Positions 51,691 through 64,000 of a stretch of DNA of 64,000 nt are shown here, one piece after another. Source of the stretch: the human T2T-CHM13v2.0 reference genome, Homo sapiens; assembly GCA_009914755.4 (NCBI GenBank), contig CP068257.2, positions 40,480,001-40,544,000 of the forward strand, given 5' to 3'. The notes beneath the pieces were generated by a model. That model did not search any database and had not been told where the DNA came from. It was given only the letters and a program-made list of their open reading frames with translations. A program made the position numbers and the translations under genes. How positions within the stretch are numbered: position 1 is the first letter of the stretch; every line of letters starts with the position of its first letter.

Positions 51691-53566
51691 CCTGTCTTTC
51701 GAAGTGAGAACTGTCTCACCAGTTCTAAAGTTCCTGCAGACATCTGCTCTTTGAAAACCATCAGCCAACCCACCCACCCCCACCAGGTCGACCCTTGGGC
51801 AGCCCCACTCAGAGATGTTCCCAGAGTCCTGGTGGGTTCTCCACGGATGGTGCAAAGGTGCAGGGGCCCCAGCTGTGCTCGTCTGGCTCAGGTATCTTCA
51901 CCAGCCACCCCCACCAGTTGGCGTGTCAGGAGCATCGCTCACCTGAGGGCAGGCACAGCCCCATGGTCCCCGTTCCACTGGGCACTCTGGGAGTGGCTGC
52001 CTTTTCATTAGGGGCTTGATCTGTCCCTCTCCAGTAAACATAGACGCCATGTCCTCGGGTTGGTGTTTCCTCCACTACCCCTCCTCCTGGGGTTTTCTGT
52101 ATTAACTTTACCTTTCCTGCGTGCAAGCTGACCCAGGTGACCTCTTCCTCCACACAGGTCGCCGTGAGTCAAGCTGCCTCCAGAACCTCAGAGCTTCCCT
52201 GGTGGGCTCCCCCGGGATCCCCAGTGTCTCTCTGCACCTCCACCCATCCCTCGGTTCTTAACTCTTCAAGCCTTAACGGAGGTCTGCTCTGACGGGTGGG
52301 CTCTGCCAGAGCCCGGGTGAGCCCAGAAAGGAAGACAGCAGCCACCGTCTGTCCCGAAGAGGCAGGCCGTCCTGTAGGTCCTAGAGGAGCCACAGCCCAG
52401 GGGCAGATGAAGGGGCTGCGGAAGACGGGGGCAGTCCTGGGGGTGCTGCGGCTACACCACCACCCGCGCGGCCCCCGCAGCCCAGACCTCCCAGGCCTGT
52501 GACCCTCCACACCAGCCCTCAGAACCCTCCTGGGCTTGCCCTCCCTTGGCGTCCGTCACCCTTTGGCAAATATAGAATATTTCACATTCTCAGAGAGACC
52601 CGACCGCGCTCTTGATGCTCTTTCGAAAATAGGTCAGTCTTAGAAATATACTGCTAATGTTATTTTTAGTGGATGTTTATGCTGTTTGACTTTTCTCCTG
52701 TGTACCAAGGTATTGCTTTTATTTACACGACAGCGACTCAAAAGGCACTCGATTAATGTGACAACCTTTTCAATAAGCAGAAATAACGTAGGTACACATC
52801 ACTCTTTACATTTTTCTAAGCATTTTCACAGCCGTTTCTTCATATAATCCAACCACAGTGGGAGGTGTGATTTACCCATTACACAATGAGAAACCAGAGG
52901 AGCCGATGAGTTACTTAATTGAGGTCACAGAATGAATTAGCAAGAAAATGGTTCTAAAATCTAAGTATTTTAGTCTAGAATTTTCTCCATTACATCATCC
53001 TAAGAGATAATGCTCTGTACTTCATTTGAAATAAACTGGAATTGTATTAGATAGCTCACACCTGAAAGTAGAGTGTTTTTCCTCAGTGAACTTAGAATTA
53101 TAACATGGCCTTAGTTTTCAACCCATGATACTAATTTTGTTGAATATAATTAATTGTCATTCATACAGAACATTTGGGGAAAGGAGTATTTTGATTTACT
53201 GGATATTCTCAGAGTCAGTAAAGAATGACAGTGGGTAATATGTGTGGATCACAGATTCTGATCAAGTAGAATCAATCGCATAAGACACTGAAATGTGGCT
53301 GGTTGTGCTGGATGCTCCATTTGGGATGGTCCATCACAGGCTCGCTGAGCATCCAACGAGGGCCGGTGCTGTGTTGGGCACGCTGGGGAGGCCAGAAACG
53401 CATCTCTGGTTCTTCCCAAGTCATGTCCCGCTGTTCTGATGTCAGCTGAGGAGCTTTCACTTGCCTTTCTTGGAAGAGCATGACACATATTCAGTAAAAC
53501 CAGCTGTTGAGCCCCATGACTGTGTGGCTCTTTGGATTTCAGATAAAGTCATTGACATATATTTAA

Positions 53567-53902
<336 letters not shown>

Positions 53903-54204
53903 TCATGTAATCTTAATACATGTGCCACGTCTGTTCATTTGTGTTTTCTGTAATAATGAAAACTTGGTTTCCTGTCATCCTACCTCCCCCATCCAAGTCT
54001 ATTCTTCGACAAACACTTCCTGAGCACTCACAGTGCTCCAGGCCCTGAGCTTAGCGCTCTGGGCGAAGTGATGAGAGGGACAGACCAAGCCCTGCCCTCA
54101 CAGAGCACACGGTCTTGTGGGGGAGGGAGACGCTGAAGTCAGATGATGACAGCCATGGTAAGTACTGAGAGTGATGATTGCATGTGTGCTGTGAGATGCC
54201 CCTG

Positions 54205-54615
54205 ACCTGGTCCCTTCATCCACCCATCTAACCATCTAACCATCTACCCATCCATTCACCCACCGACCCAACCACCCATTTGTCCACCTGTTCACACATC
54301 CGCTCGTCTGTCCATCCATCCACCCACCCACCCATCCACCCATTCACCCATCCATCTGTCTGTTCATCCATCCAACCATCCATTCATCTATTCAACCATC
54401 CATCCATTCATCCACTCAACCATTTATCGATCCATTCATCCAACCACTCACCCATGCATTCACCCACTCATCCACCCCTCCATCCATCCATCCACCTCCA
54501 TCCACCCATCCACCCAACCATCTGACTGACCATCCACTCAACCATCCATCCATCCATCCATCCATCCACCCACCCATCCATCCACCCATCCATCCATCCA
54601 TCCATCCATCCAACC
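54205..54615. repeat. Long compound (CCAT)n/(CATC)n/(CCACCCAT)n microsatellite block (~410 bp), same motif class as 42185..42750
   Basis: cccttcatccacccatctaaccatctaaccatctacccatccattcacccaccgacccaaccacccatttgtccacc…ccatccatccatccatccatccacc. It generates the His/Pro/Ser-rich ORF 54280..54525 and the Trp/Gly/Met-rich minus-strand ORFs. Confidence 0.9.
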
Positions 54616-55562
54616 AAGGAATGTGTATTGAGTCCCAGTTTATATACTGACATGAGGAAGACAAGAAAAATGAGGCAGAGTTTTTGCCCTCAAGTATTCA
54701 CAATCCATCTGAAGAAAAACCCCTGTGGATACTATAATACGTGCAGTAAATACAGGGAGGCCTCTGGTGGAAGGAAGAGAGAGAAACAGAAAAATGCACG
54801 TCTATGCATATGGACTTGTGCACCTGTTCCCATTACTTCATTGGAAGGGCTTTGGGATGCTGCTGTGTCATGACTGCTGTTTAAGAATATTATCAGCATG
54901 CATATTGCTTGCAGCTTAAACCCTCCGATCCTAGACTGTTTCCACTGGCATGGCTTAAGGGATTAAATCCAAAGTGTATGGAAACAGAAGGAGGAAGGGA
55001 GGGCCCCTGGGTGACCCTTGGATGTCTGTAGAAGTTGTTCACTGCTCTCCAGTGCAGATGTCACCCCAGGGTTGTGCAGTGCACAACCTGTAAGGCCAGA
55101 CTTCAGGGCCTTGGAGACTTCCCAGAAGATCTCTTAACAGACTGAGTGGGCAACTCAAATCCTCCTGTCTGTGGAAGCGGGGAAACTGACATAGACATAT
55201 TCTATACAAGCCTCATTATAAGCCCTCCACAAATGATTGTTCTCACTGCGCAGTTGAGGAAATGGAGACAGCAACTTTTCTGAAGCCAAACAGCTGGCCA
55301 GTGAAGGAACTGCAATTCAAACCAAGCTCATTGGGTGTAAAGTTCATGCCACCCTCTGCTTTCTGTGGGGGATGGGAAGGAGGGTCTTTGCAGGCTTTAG
55401 AACTCAGAGTACCTCTGAGATGTGGGAAGAGGGCTTAGGGGTTCCCCAAGGCCAGTGGGCCTTGGGCTCCTGGGGTTCTGGGTCCCTGGAGGTTCTCATG
55501 TTCAGACACTATTGGGATCTCAATCTTCCTGGCCCAGGATCCCAAGCTGTGAATCACTGGAA

Positions 55563-55685
55563 AGTGGAAGATCTGATGGAGGTGGAGGGTCTGATGGAAG
55601 AGAATCTGATGGAGGAGGGTCTGATGGAGGTGAAGGCTCTGATGGAGGAGGGTCTGATGGCGGGGGAGGGTCTGATGGAACTGGA
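55563..55685. repeat. 12/24-bp tandem repeat (GGTCTGATGGAG)n x ~10, imperfect
   Basis: gatctgatggaggtggagggtctgatggaagagaatctgatggaggagggtctgatggaggtgaaggctctgatggaggagggtctgatggcgggggagggtctgatgg. Confidence 0.85.
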
Positions 55686-56474
55686 GAATTACTGGGGCTT
55701 TCCATGGGCCCTCTGGCCCAGGTTGCATCTCTCCATGCTGGCCACTAGATGGCGACATTAGCTGGAGTCCACGCTGGAAACCGAATGTCCCCTGAGTTTC
55801 CGCAGCAACCACATCCCTGGGTTCTCTTGTTTGTTCTCTTTCACTGGATTTGAGCCTCTTGCGTGTCTGAAATTGTTCTGCAGACCTGCAGGCTCCGGGG
55901 CACATGTGTGCAAAGGTGGTGCCCTGGAGGCCCTGTAAATAGCTCAGAAAGTGAGGCTGGTCTTCTTCAGAGACTGAGTGATTGCGAAGTGCAGGACAAA
56001 TGAGTCTATGTGGGGGCCACAGCACGGATGTCCACCCTCCCATCTGGATTTCCCAAGAATGGGAGACATCTTTTCCCTCCCTTCCCGTTTCTGGGAGGAC
56101 AGGGGCAGATGGACAGGCGAGTAAGACAGGTGGCAGGGAGCCAGCAGCCCTAGGAGCTGGTGCTGGGGAGGCCCAGGTGAGATCCCTGTGGCTCAGAAGA
56201 GGACCTCTGCATGTGGAAGGGACGCCCGCAATGCCCAGTGACACCTCTCTCTATTGTGGAGGGTGACGGAGTCTGCTGAGGTAGCCACATAAGCACCTAA
56301 ACCAGAAGTGAGTATCTAAAACGGCCTTGCATGCCATAAGTCATCAGATAAGAGGGGCTGGACAGGGGCTCCCCAAGCCTGTCCTCAGCTGTGACCAGGT
56401 GGCTAGCAACCCTCTTTAGTTTGAGCACCTGCTTTGTCCCAGAGAGGGAGTATTAAATGTCCGCTGTTCACCCC

Positions 56475-56915
56475 CCACGCCCCATCTCTGTCCCTCCTGG
56501 GGAGGAAGGCTGTGGTGGGAGTCAACCCTCGCATCCCATCTCTGTCCCTCTTGGGGAGGAGGGCTGTGGTGGGAGTCAACCCTCGCATCCCATCTCTGTC
56601 CCTCTTGGGGAGGAGGGCTGTGGTGGGAGTCACCCCCCGCACTGTGTCTCTGTCCCTCCTGGGGAGGAGGGCTGAGGTTGGAGTCACCCCCTGCACCCTG
56701 TGTCTGTCCCTCCTGGGGAGGAGGGCTGCAGTGGGAGTCAATCCCCGCACCCCGTCTCTGTCCCTCCTGGGGAGGAGGGCTGTGGTGGGAGTCACCCCCC
56801 GCACCCTGTCTCTGTCCCTCCTGGGGAGGAGGGGTGCAGTGGGAGTCAATCCCCGCATCCCGTCTCTGTCCCTCCTGGGGAGGAGGGGTGCAGTGGGAGT
56901 CCCAAGATGCAGGCT
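56475..56915. repeat. 54-bp minisatellite x ~8 (CATCTCTGTCCCTCCTGGGGAGGAGGGCTGTGGTGGGAGTCAACCCTCGCATCC consensus)
   Basis: Period 54 measured (CATCT at 56483, 56537 and 56591). The unit length is a multiple of 3, giving long ORFs in every frame (56434..57126, 56457.., 56678.., 56700.. and 56403..57047). Confidence 0.9.
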
Positions 56916-59046
56916 CCTCCCAGTTCTCTGCTCACCTGTGCTGAGGCTCTGCGATCTGTGGAATGGGGCCGTGTTGCAGGCTCTTGTAAGGATCAGTGTT
57001 GCCCACCGAGGGCCCAGCACACAGGCTCCTAAGGTGACGAAGCACACATCCTGCTGCCAAAGTCACAGCAGCAGCGGCGCCCTCAGACGGGCCCGTGGGC
57101 CTCCTCCGCACAGTGTCGGGTGCTGAGTGCCTCTTGTGGGCTCTGGGCTTCGCGTCCAGCACTGCCAAAGTTGCCCAGGTTTCACGGGAAGCTCGCGGCA
57201 GGCCGGGCCCAGCAGCCTTCCGGGAGAAGGACACTACGCATCTGCGGCCCTGCATGCCCCCAGGAGCCCATGGGCTCCAGCACGGGGGTGGGCAAGGGGC
57301 GAGAGTCTGGCCCCTCATCTCCTGGCAGATTTCAAAGTGTGGTCAGAAACATAGCTGGACTGGGCAACTGGCTGAAGTGGAAGTCATCATTCAGCTAATG
57401 AGGCTTGATCTTTTCTCCATCCCCTGCTACTGCTGGTGTCTGTGCTGGCCTGGAGCTCACCCCACCTCACCCGGGCAGAGCAAAGGCCCTTGGCTGGCAG
57501 ATGCTGGAGGGTCTGTAAACTTGCTGGTGAATGCCCGGCTGTGGACACACAGCAGATGCCTGTCAAGGGAGAAGGAGCCAAGGAGAGCCCTGGGGATTCC
57601 CAAGAGCTTTAGGGTGTAGGGAAAATCGCCCAGGCAGGCTGATTCTGCGAGGCTTGTCCCTATAGCAGGAGATGGCCTGTGCGAAGTGGGACTCCTGGGA
57701 AGGAGCGATGAGGACTAGAGGGAAGGGGCAGCATGACTCCACAGGCTCTCACAAGGGACACAGCATGGACATGCTTCTGCCTGGATGCCCCTCTGAGTCG
57801 ACAGAGATCCATGTGCCCTGGCATCAAGGTCAGGCAGGGGAGACGTGCAGGGAGTGGAGTGGACACCAGAGGGGCAAGCACCACGGTGTGGACACCGAGG
57901 GGAGCCATGGGTCCTGGGGGTGGCCTGGGACTGGACTGTTGAGTCTTGGGTGGGCAGAAATCGTTCCCCTCATCAAGGACTGTAGATCCTCACTTGCGAC
58001 ACCCAGGACACCAAAGCGCTTCTGTTACTGGATAAAAGGTCTTGACTGTGTGTCATCCAGGCTCTTTGTGTTGAACAAAAAATTGAACAGAATGCATAAA
58101 CAAAGCAAAAAAGAAGGAAGCGACGAAAGACAAAGCAACAAAATAACAGTAAATAAAGTGCAGGTATATTGAAGCTAAAGTACACTTCACAGAGTGGGAG
58201 CAGGCTTGAGCAGGTGGCTCAAGAGCCCCCATTACAATGCTCTTTAGGGTTTTTATAAAGCTCAAATAATCTGGTGACACCCCTAGGCACCCTTTAGAAG
58301 CCTCCAATTAGTCAGACCCTATGAAGGATTGGCCTGTGACCAATCAGAAGCTGAAGTGGAAACTTCTGTCTTGTTATCGCTGGAGTGAGGATGTGGCCCG
58401 TGTGCTGCCTAATCTTGCCTAGAACTGGCTGCACCTGCTGTTCTTTTGCTTATCCCTTAACCCTTGGTCACCCTAATCCCTATTCTCCTGTCTCAGTTCT
58501 GATGGAAAGAAAGTGACAGATGACCTGGAGGTTCCTAACCCAGGGAATAGCTAGAGTTCGCATCCCACAAACTAGTGTTAGACTGTGGGAGGCTAAGGGT
58601 ATGGGCTTTGCGGTTGTGAGAGTTTGGAGGTTGAATCTCAGCCCTCCTATGTGGGGCATGTCACCCAATCTCTCTGAGCCCCTGTTTCCTCATATTTACC
58701 CCACCTGTGAATTGAAGCTGTTGCTAGCATTGGTTAGGGAACTTTGGGCAACAAGCAATGGAAATGTCAACTCCAACAGTCTTTAAGGATAAAGTCAATT
58801 TATGACCCCTTGCAAGTGAGAAGTCCAGGCCAGGGTGGAGCTCAGGTGTGGCTTGCTCCTGCAGCTCTCAATGGCCCAGATTTTGTCTGCCTTTTGCTCT
58901 GCGTTCCATGGTATTAGTTTAACCCAAAGCTCCCTCTTAGCTCCCAAATGGCTGCGAGCAGTAATCAGGACTAATTGCTCATTTGTGCATGTCCAGCTGA
59001 AGACAGAACAGGTCTTCCCCCAACTACGGATTAAAAGGCTGGGTTA

Positions 59047-59667
<621 letters not shown>

Positions 59668-60564
59668 CTACACTGATATTTGCTTCTCTGACCTCCGAAG
59701 GCTCCATCTCCTAGGACGTTTTCCGGGAGCCAGGGAAAGCAGGATAGCAGAGCCTGGTCACGTAGTGCTTTGAGAATGCGCTGGGTGGGCGAGCGGTGCC
59801 TTCTTATTGGGTTGTTCTTGTGAGGAGCATTCTGATTCCTACTTAGAAGCCCTGAATGAAGGTGGGAGCCCCTGACGATGGCAGAGGCAGGTATGTCTAG
59901 GGTCTGGGGGCACCTGGTGTCATCTACTTGAGTCCTCTTTGAACTCTGCATTTGGCAGCTGAGCGATACCGAGGAAGTCACTTCCCCTCAGCGTCAAGCA
60001 CCTGTGCTCATCCTCAAAGGGGTCAATGACGCTTAGGTCACACTCTCCAGGGCCCAGAGCTGCTGAGCTGCACACATGTACGTTTCTCCATGAGACCATC
60101 TTGGGGGACAAGTGCTGGCACCCCCACATGGTAGGACAAAGACAGAGGCCTTGAGACATTAGTAACCTGCCTCAGATCACACAGCTGGGGCCAGACCAGA
60201 GCCCAGGCTGCCCGCGGTCATGTCCTAGGCACCATTTCTCATAGGCATCGTTGAGTGGGAGTCTGGGCTAAACAAGACCACACTGGTTTTGATGACGGCA
60301 TTTTCTGCCCCTGTACCGCATGGTAGGCCAGGGCCTCCCTCCCACCTGGCTACGCTGCGCCTCCACCTTCACTCTCAGTCTCTGTAAAGACATGTTTTGA
60401 GTGCTTGGGGCAGTCGCTGAGAATATTAAAGACATAATACAGGGGCGTGCACGATGTGGGGCCTTGGTACAGGTTGGTACAGGTTGGATCCATGCCTGCC
60501 CTGGCTCTGGGACCCTCCTCCCCAGGATAGAGCCAGGACAGGTGGGGAGGGGGTCACTACCTGG

Positions 60565-60667
60565 CATGATCCGCCAGGAGCTGGGGCAGAGGGACGGAGC
60601 CTGCCTGGCAACAGCCATGATCCACCAGGGGCTGGGCAGAGGGATGGAGCCTGCCTGGCAACAGTTC
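60565..60667. repeat. ~52-bp tandem duplication x2 (CATGATCC(G/A)CCAGG(A/G)GCTGGGGCAGAGGGA(C/T)GGAGCCTGCCTGGCAACAG)
   Basis: Two adjacent near-identical units, reflected in ORF-track peptides 60454..60753 (…DPPGAGAEGRSLPGNSHDPPGAGQRDGACLAT…). Confidence 0.8.
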
Positions 60668-63600
60668 CAGGGGGGGTCCTTACTGGGACTTCCCCTTCCC
60701 AGGACCGCCAGTCCCCCAAACACAGCGGGAGCCCTGGTCAGGGAGGCTGGTAACCTAGGGGGAAGCCAGCGCTGGAGCTCTGGCTGAGGATGGAGCAGGC
60801 ACTCTCTGTTCAACCCTCCAGGAAGCCAGCATCACCAGGTGGCTGGGGTGGCTTCTGGCCTCCACTGTCTGCACGCTGTACCCTGGAGCTGCCTTGGGAA
60901 GGTTTCGGCTCCTGCAGCTCCCCCACGCCAATGCAGACATTGGCCTCATTCAGAGCAGGTCCGCTCTTCCCCAGGGGCAGGCCCCTCTCATGCGGCCCGC
61001 TTTCACTTTATCGGAGTCACAATGATCTGACCTCCTCCTATTGATCACGCACAGCATTTCCTGGGACTGAGTTTAATTTCTAATATCTGCCCCATCAGGC
61101 CCCTCCTGGGCAATCCTCTTCCTTCCTGGAAGGTACATTAAACTCTGAGGTTTCACAAGGGCTGGCTGCATCCCTGTGCAGGCAGACAGGACCCCACACA
61201 CCCAGGCGAGCCCTCCTTGGCGGCCTGTTCATCTGCAGGGATTCTTCCGGTTCCCCCTCTGGACAGCCCCACGGCCCAGATGCCTTGGCTTCCCAGCCAC
61301 AGATCCCTCATTGACCTCCCCTCCTTGCTGGGGAGAGGCAGGCGCTGGGTCATCCATGGGGCATGAAAGTGACGGCTACACCCTCCAAGCCCGCTGGGTC
61401 CCTCTGCCGGGTGCCTCCCATACCTGCCCCTCTGCAGTTGAGCAGGTGAGATCTGCTGGGGGAGGAGGTGGCCCCAGGATCCCTGTCGCCGTCCCGGCCT
61501 CCCCGCTGCCCTGCACTGGCTCCTGGGCTTCTCCTTGGCCCTCAGTTCCACGGCTTCCTGGCTCCAGCCTCCTGCCTGGGGCTACCCAGGGCCGTCAGGG
61601 GCTTAGTTGTTCCAGGAGGCTGTTGTACACAGAAAACACCTTCATGGCTGCTTGAACATTTAATATATAATTTATTGAGGTTAATTTAAAAAAACAATTA
61701 GTTTTCCTTAAGTAAACTCAATTCATGAATCTTATTTATTTGTTTTATATTCATCTGGGAGCTTTTGGCAATCTCTTTCAGAGGGACTTTTGATTAATGT
61801 TTGACCAACTCAGTTGAAAAAAACCCTCATGAACAGTCAATTCTGTTAATTAAATTCCCTCAGACATTTACACTGAACTTAGAAATTTATTTGATTTTCT
61901 TTTTAAGACACTTCAGCTGCCTGACCCAAGTACTTCAGAGGACTCTGAGAAAACCACTGACACCTTTGTAAACAGGCAGCTCCCAGAGTCCAGGAAACAT
62001 TCCAATTCTACTTATATATCTAGTTTGTTTTGCTCACACCTTTCAATTTAGAATCACTAGTCTGTAGAGAATGGCACATTTTAAACTAGAATCAGCTGTT
62101 CTGGGGAATAAACTAGGAAAGTGTGTGCTGTGGGAGCCTCTAGTATGCCTCATTCTCTTACACACTGTAAACACTTTCAAACACATACACAGACTGTTTC
62201 AGAACACAGCAGGAAAGTATTAATATGATAGGTTTGATTTACTTCATCATCTGCAAACAATGGTAAACCTTCCTGGAGTTGAAGTGCTTTCTCCACTGTG
62301 GAAGCAATTTCCTGTAGCAAGAATGGGGTTACTTTCTCTAAGTGTGCGTGATTTCGGTCTGGGCTTGAGACCTGGGATCATAGGCCTTCTGGATGATTCT
62401 GTGATGCCACTGATGAGAACTTTGGAAGCTGCCCTGACACAGACCTCCACATCCTCCAGAGGGGCCAGTCTCCCAGGCATGACCTGGTTCAGATAAATCA
62501 TTCCCGGATCCTTCCATCAGATTAGTCTGTGCCCATTGCCCGGTGACTTCACCACTGATTAGATTCAATGTTTCTGCTTCTTCTCGAGTTATTTTCAAGC
62601 TCTTCTGAACTGGAGAAGTACAACTGATTAGATTCAACTTCTCTGCTTCTCTTTCAAGTTATTTTCAAGCTCTTCTGAACTGCAGGGGTACAACTCTCAC
62701 AGGCAGAGTCTCCATGTCTTTTGTGCTCTGCCCAGCTAGGTGGTTCCTGGGCTGTGATGCTGCCTGGTGCTCTGGGCTGCCCCTTGATCTGTTTCTGATT
62801 TAGCATCTGGCTCTAGCTCCTCCACTGTGGTCCTGGCCCTACCTGTGCTCTTGCAAGGAGCGTTTGGCCTATTCAAAACCAAACCCTACCACCCAGTCTG
62901 TCCACGTGTACTTAGAGAGTGTGGCACAATTGGTTGGCTGTGTAGGACTGTGAGCTTTAGAGACCTTCATACACATTTGATCATTGATCCTCACAAAGGC
63001 TGTGCAATTAGCAGGCATCCTCCCAGGTTCATAGGTGGGGAATTGATGCCAAGGCACGTGAAGGGGCCTCATCAAACTGCATAACCAGTACCCTTCGAAC
63101 CTCGATAGCAAGAGCGGATATTGATCGGTTCTGTTCTTAGAGCTGGATGCTGTACTAAGAAGTTTACATACATGATCTCAATGATGCCCCCCAAGAATAG
63201 CACGGTTTGGGAACTGTTACCACCCCCGTCTCACAAATGGGCACTCAGGACCTCACAGAGGATGAGCAGCTCGGTGAGGCTGAGATTCCAGCTGAGGCAC
63301 CCTGACCCCAGAGCTTGAGCTTAGCCTCTGCAGCGCTGCGTTTCCCCTGACATCAGCCCCGGCATCGCCGCCTGCAGTGACTTTGGACACAGTTATAGGT
63401 GCCCTGCTTAACTGCACCTGGAGGAGGCAGGGTGGGTGAGCTCTATCAGGACAAATCCTGGGGGTGGCCCCAGCTGCAGGCAGGACTCGTTCCTCAGCAG
63501 AGTGGCCACTGTACAGAAGGCCACGTCAAGTCAGAGGGCGCAGGGTGGCACTGCAAGGAAGGAGTGTGTCCAACACTCAGCACCCAGGCTGCAGTGGAGG

Positions 63601-64000
63601 GGGCAGCAGCACAGCTTTCCGGGCAGGCAGGCAGCTGGGGACACCTGTCCAGGGGCAGCACTGTCCACTGCCAGGCTGGCTGATTGGGATGCAGGAGTGA
63701 GACTCTATTCCCTGGTTTGGGCAGAGGCAAGGTTTCGAACATGAATGTTTGTTGAACTTTTATTATGTGCTGGGTGGTGAACCATGCACTTCACAGAGAT
63801 GAGGCCCTTGAATGTGCTCTTGGCGGCAGGAAGCGTTTTCCTTATTCTTCAGCCAGAGAAACTGAGCGCAGAGCGAAGGGAGCTTGGCCAAGGTCGTCCG
63901 TGAGCGGTGTCGGGCCTGACCTAGCACGCCACACCTGGGCAGGTCACCAAGGCTCTGTGCTTCAGGAACCAGGCTGGGGAGCCCCGGCCCAGCAGCAGGA

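Noticed and set aside
55435-57126. 269-aa minus ORF 55435..56244 plus ORFs 56403..57047 and 56434..57126 in the intergenic region. I considered them as a possible unannotated gene downstream of UMODL1.
   Set aside because: The 56.4-57.1 kb ORFs are entirely the 54-bp VNTR. The 55435..56244 ORF overlaps the 12/24-bp GGTCTGATGGAG repeat and GC-rich sequence. It has no recognisable domain, no splice structure and no Kozak ATG (the track used alternative starts). Chance ORFs of this size are expected in GC-rich human DNA.

Overview
This window is human (primate) nuclear DNA, not a prokaryotic locus. It carries at least 15 Alu elements with target-site duplications, a MaLR-type LTR and dense minisatellites, and the coding exons are split by GT/AG introns.

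The plus strand carries the 3' two-thirds of one multi-exon gene. Spliced together, its exons encode EGF-Ca, FN3, SEA, EGF, a mucin-like S/P/Q-rich linker, FN3, SEA, EGF, a zona-pellucida (ZP) domain, a transmembrane helix and a short cytoplasmic tail. This architecture and the peptide strings match uromodulin-like 1 (UMODL1, 21q22.3). I reconstructed 16 coding exons (367 to 47723) with [16 protein letters not shown] phases, ending at TAG 47721-47723. The N-terminal signal, EMI and WAP exons lie upstream of the window.

Positions ~47.7-64 kb are intergenic, on the side I recall as facing ABCG1 (from memory, not visible in the sequence). They contain Alus, a MaLR LTR, several VNTRs and a ~650-bp inverted repeat pair. 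I found no rRNA, tRNA, CRISPR or prokaryotic-style operon.

Most long ORFs in the six-frame track come from tandem repeats whose unit length is a multiple of 3, or are antisense or intronic read-through. The only coding signal I can support is the UMODL1 exon set.

The most notable structural observations are:
- an internal FN3-SEA-EGF module duplication with identical exon lengths and phases;
- a 17-bp intronic minisatellite (~44 copies) in which every unit carries a CAGCTG E-box;
- a 4x tandem duplication of the exon-13 donor site;
- a 41-bp G-rich tandem repeat starting 4 nt after the stop codon;
- two alternative in-frame acceptors for the last exon;
- an inverted repeat pair downstream of the gene.
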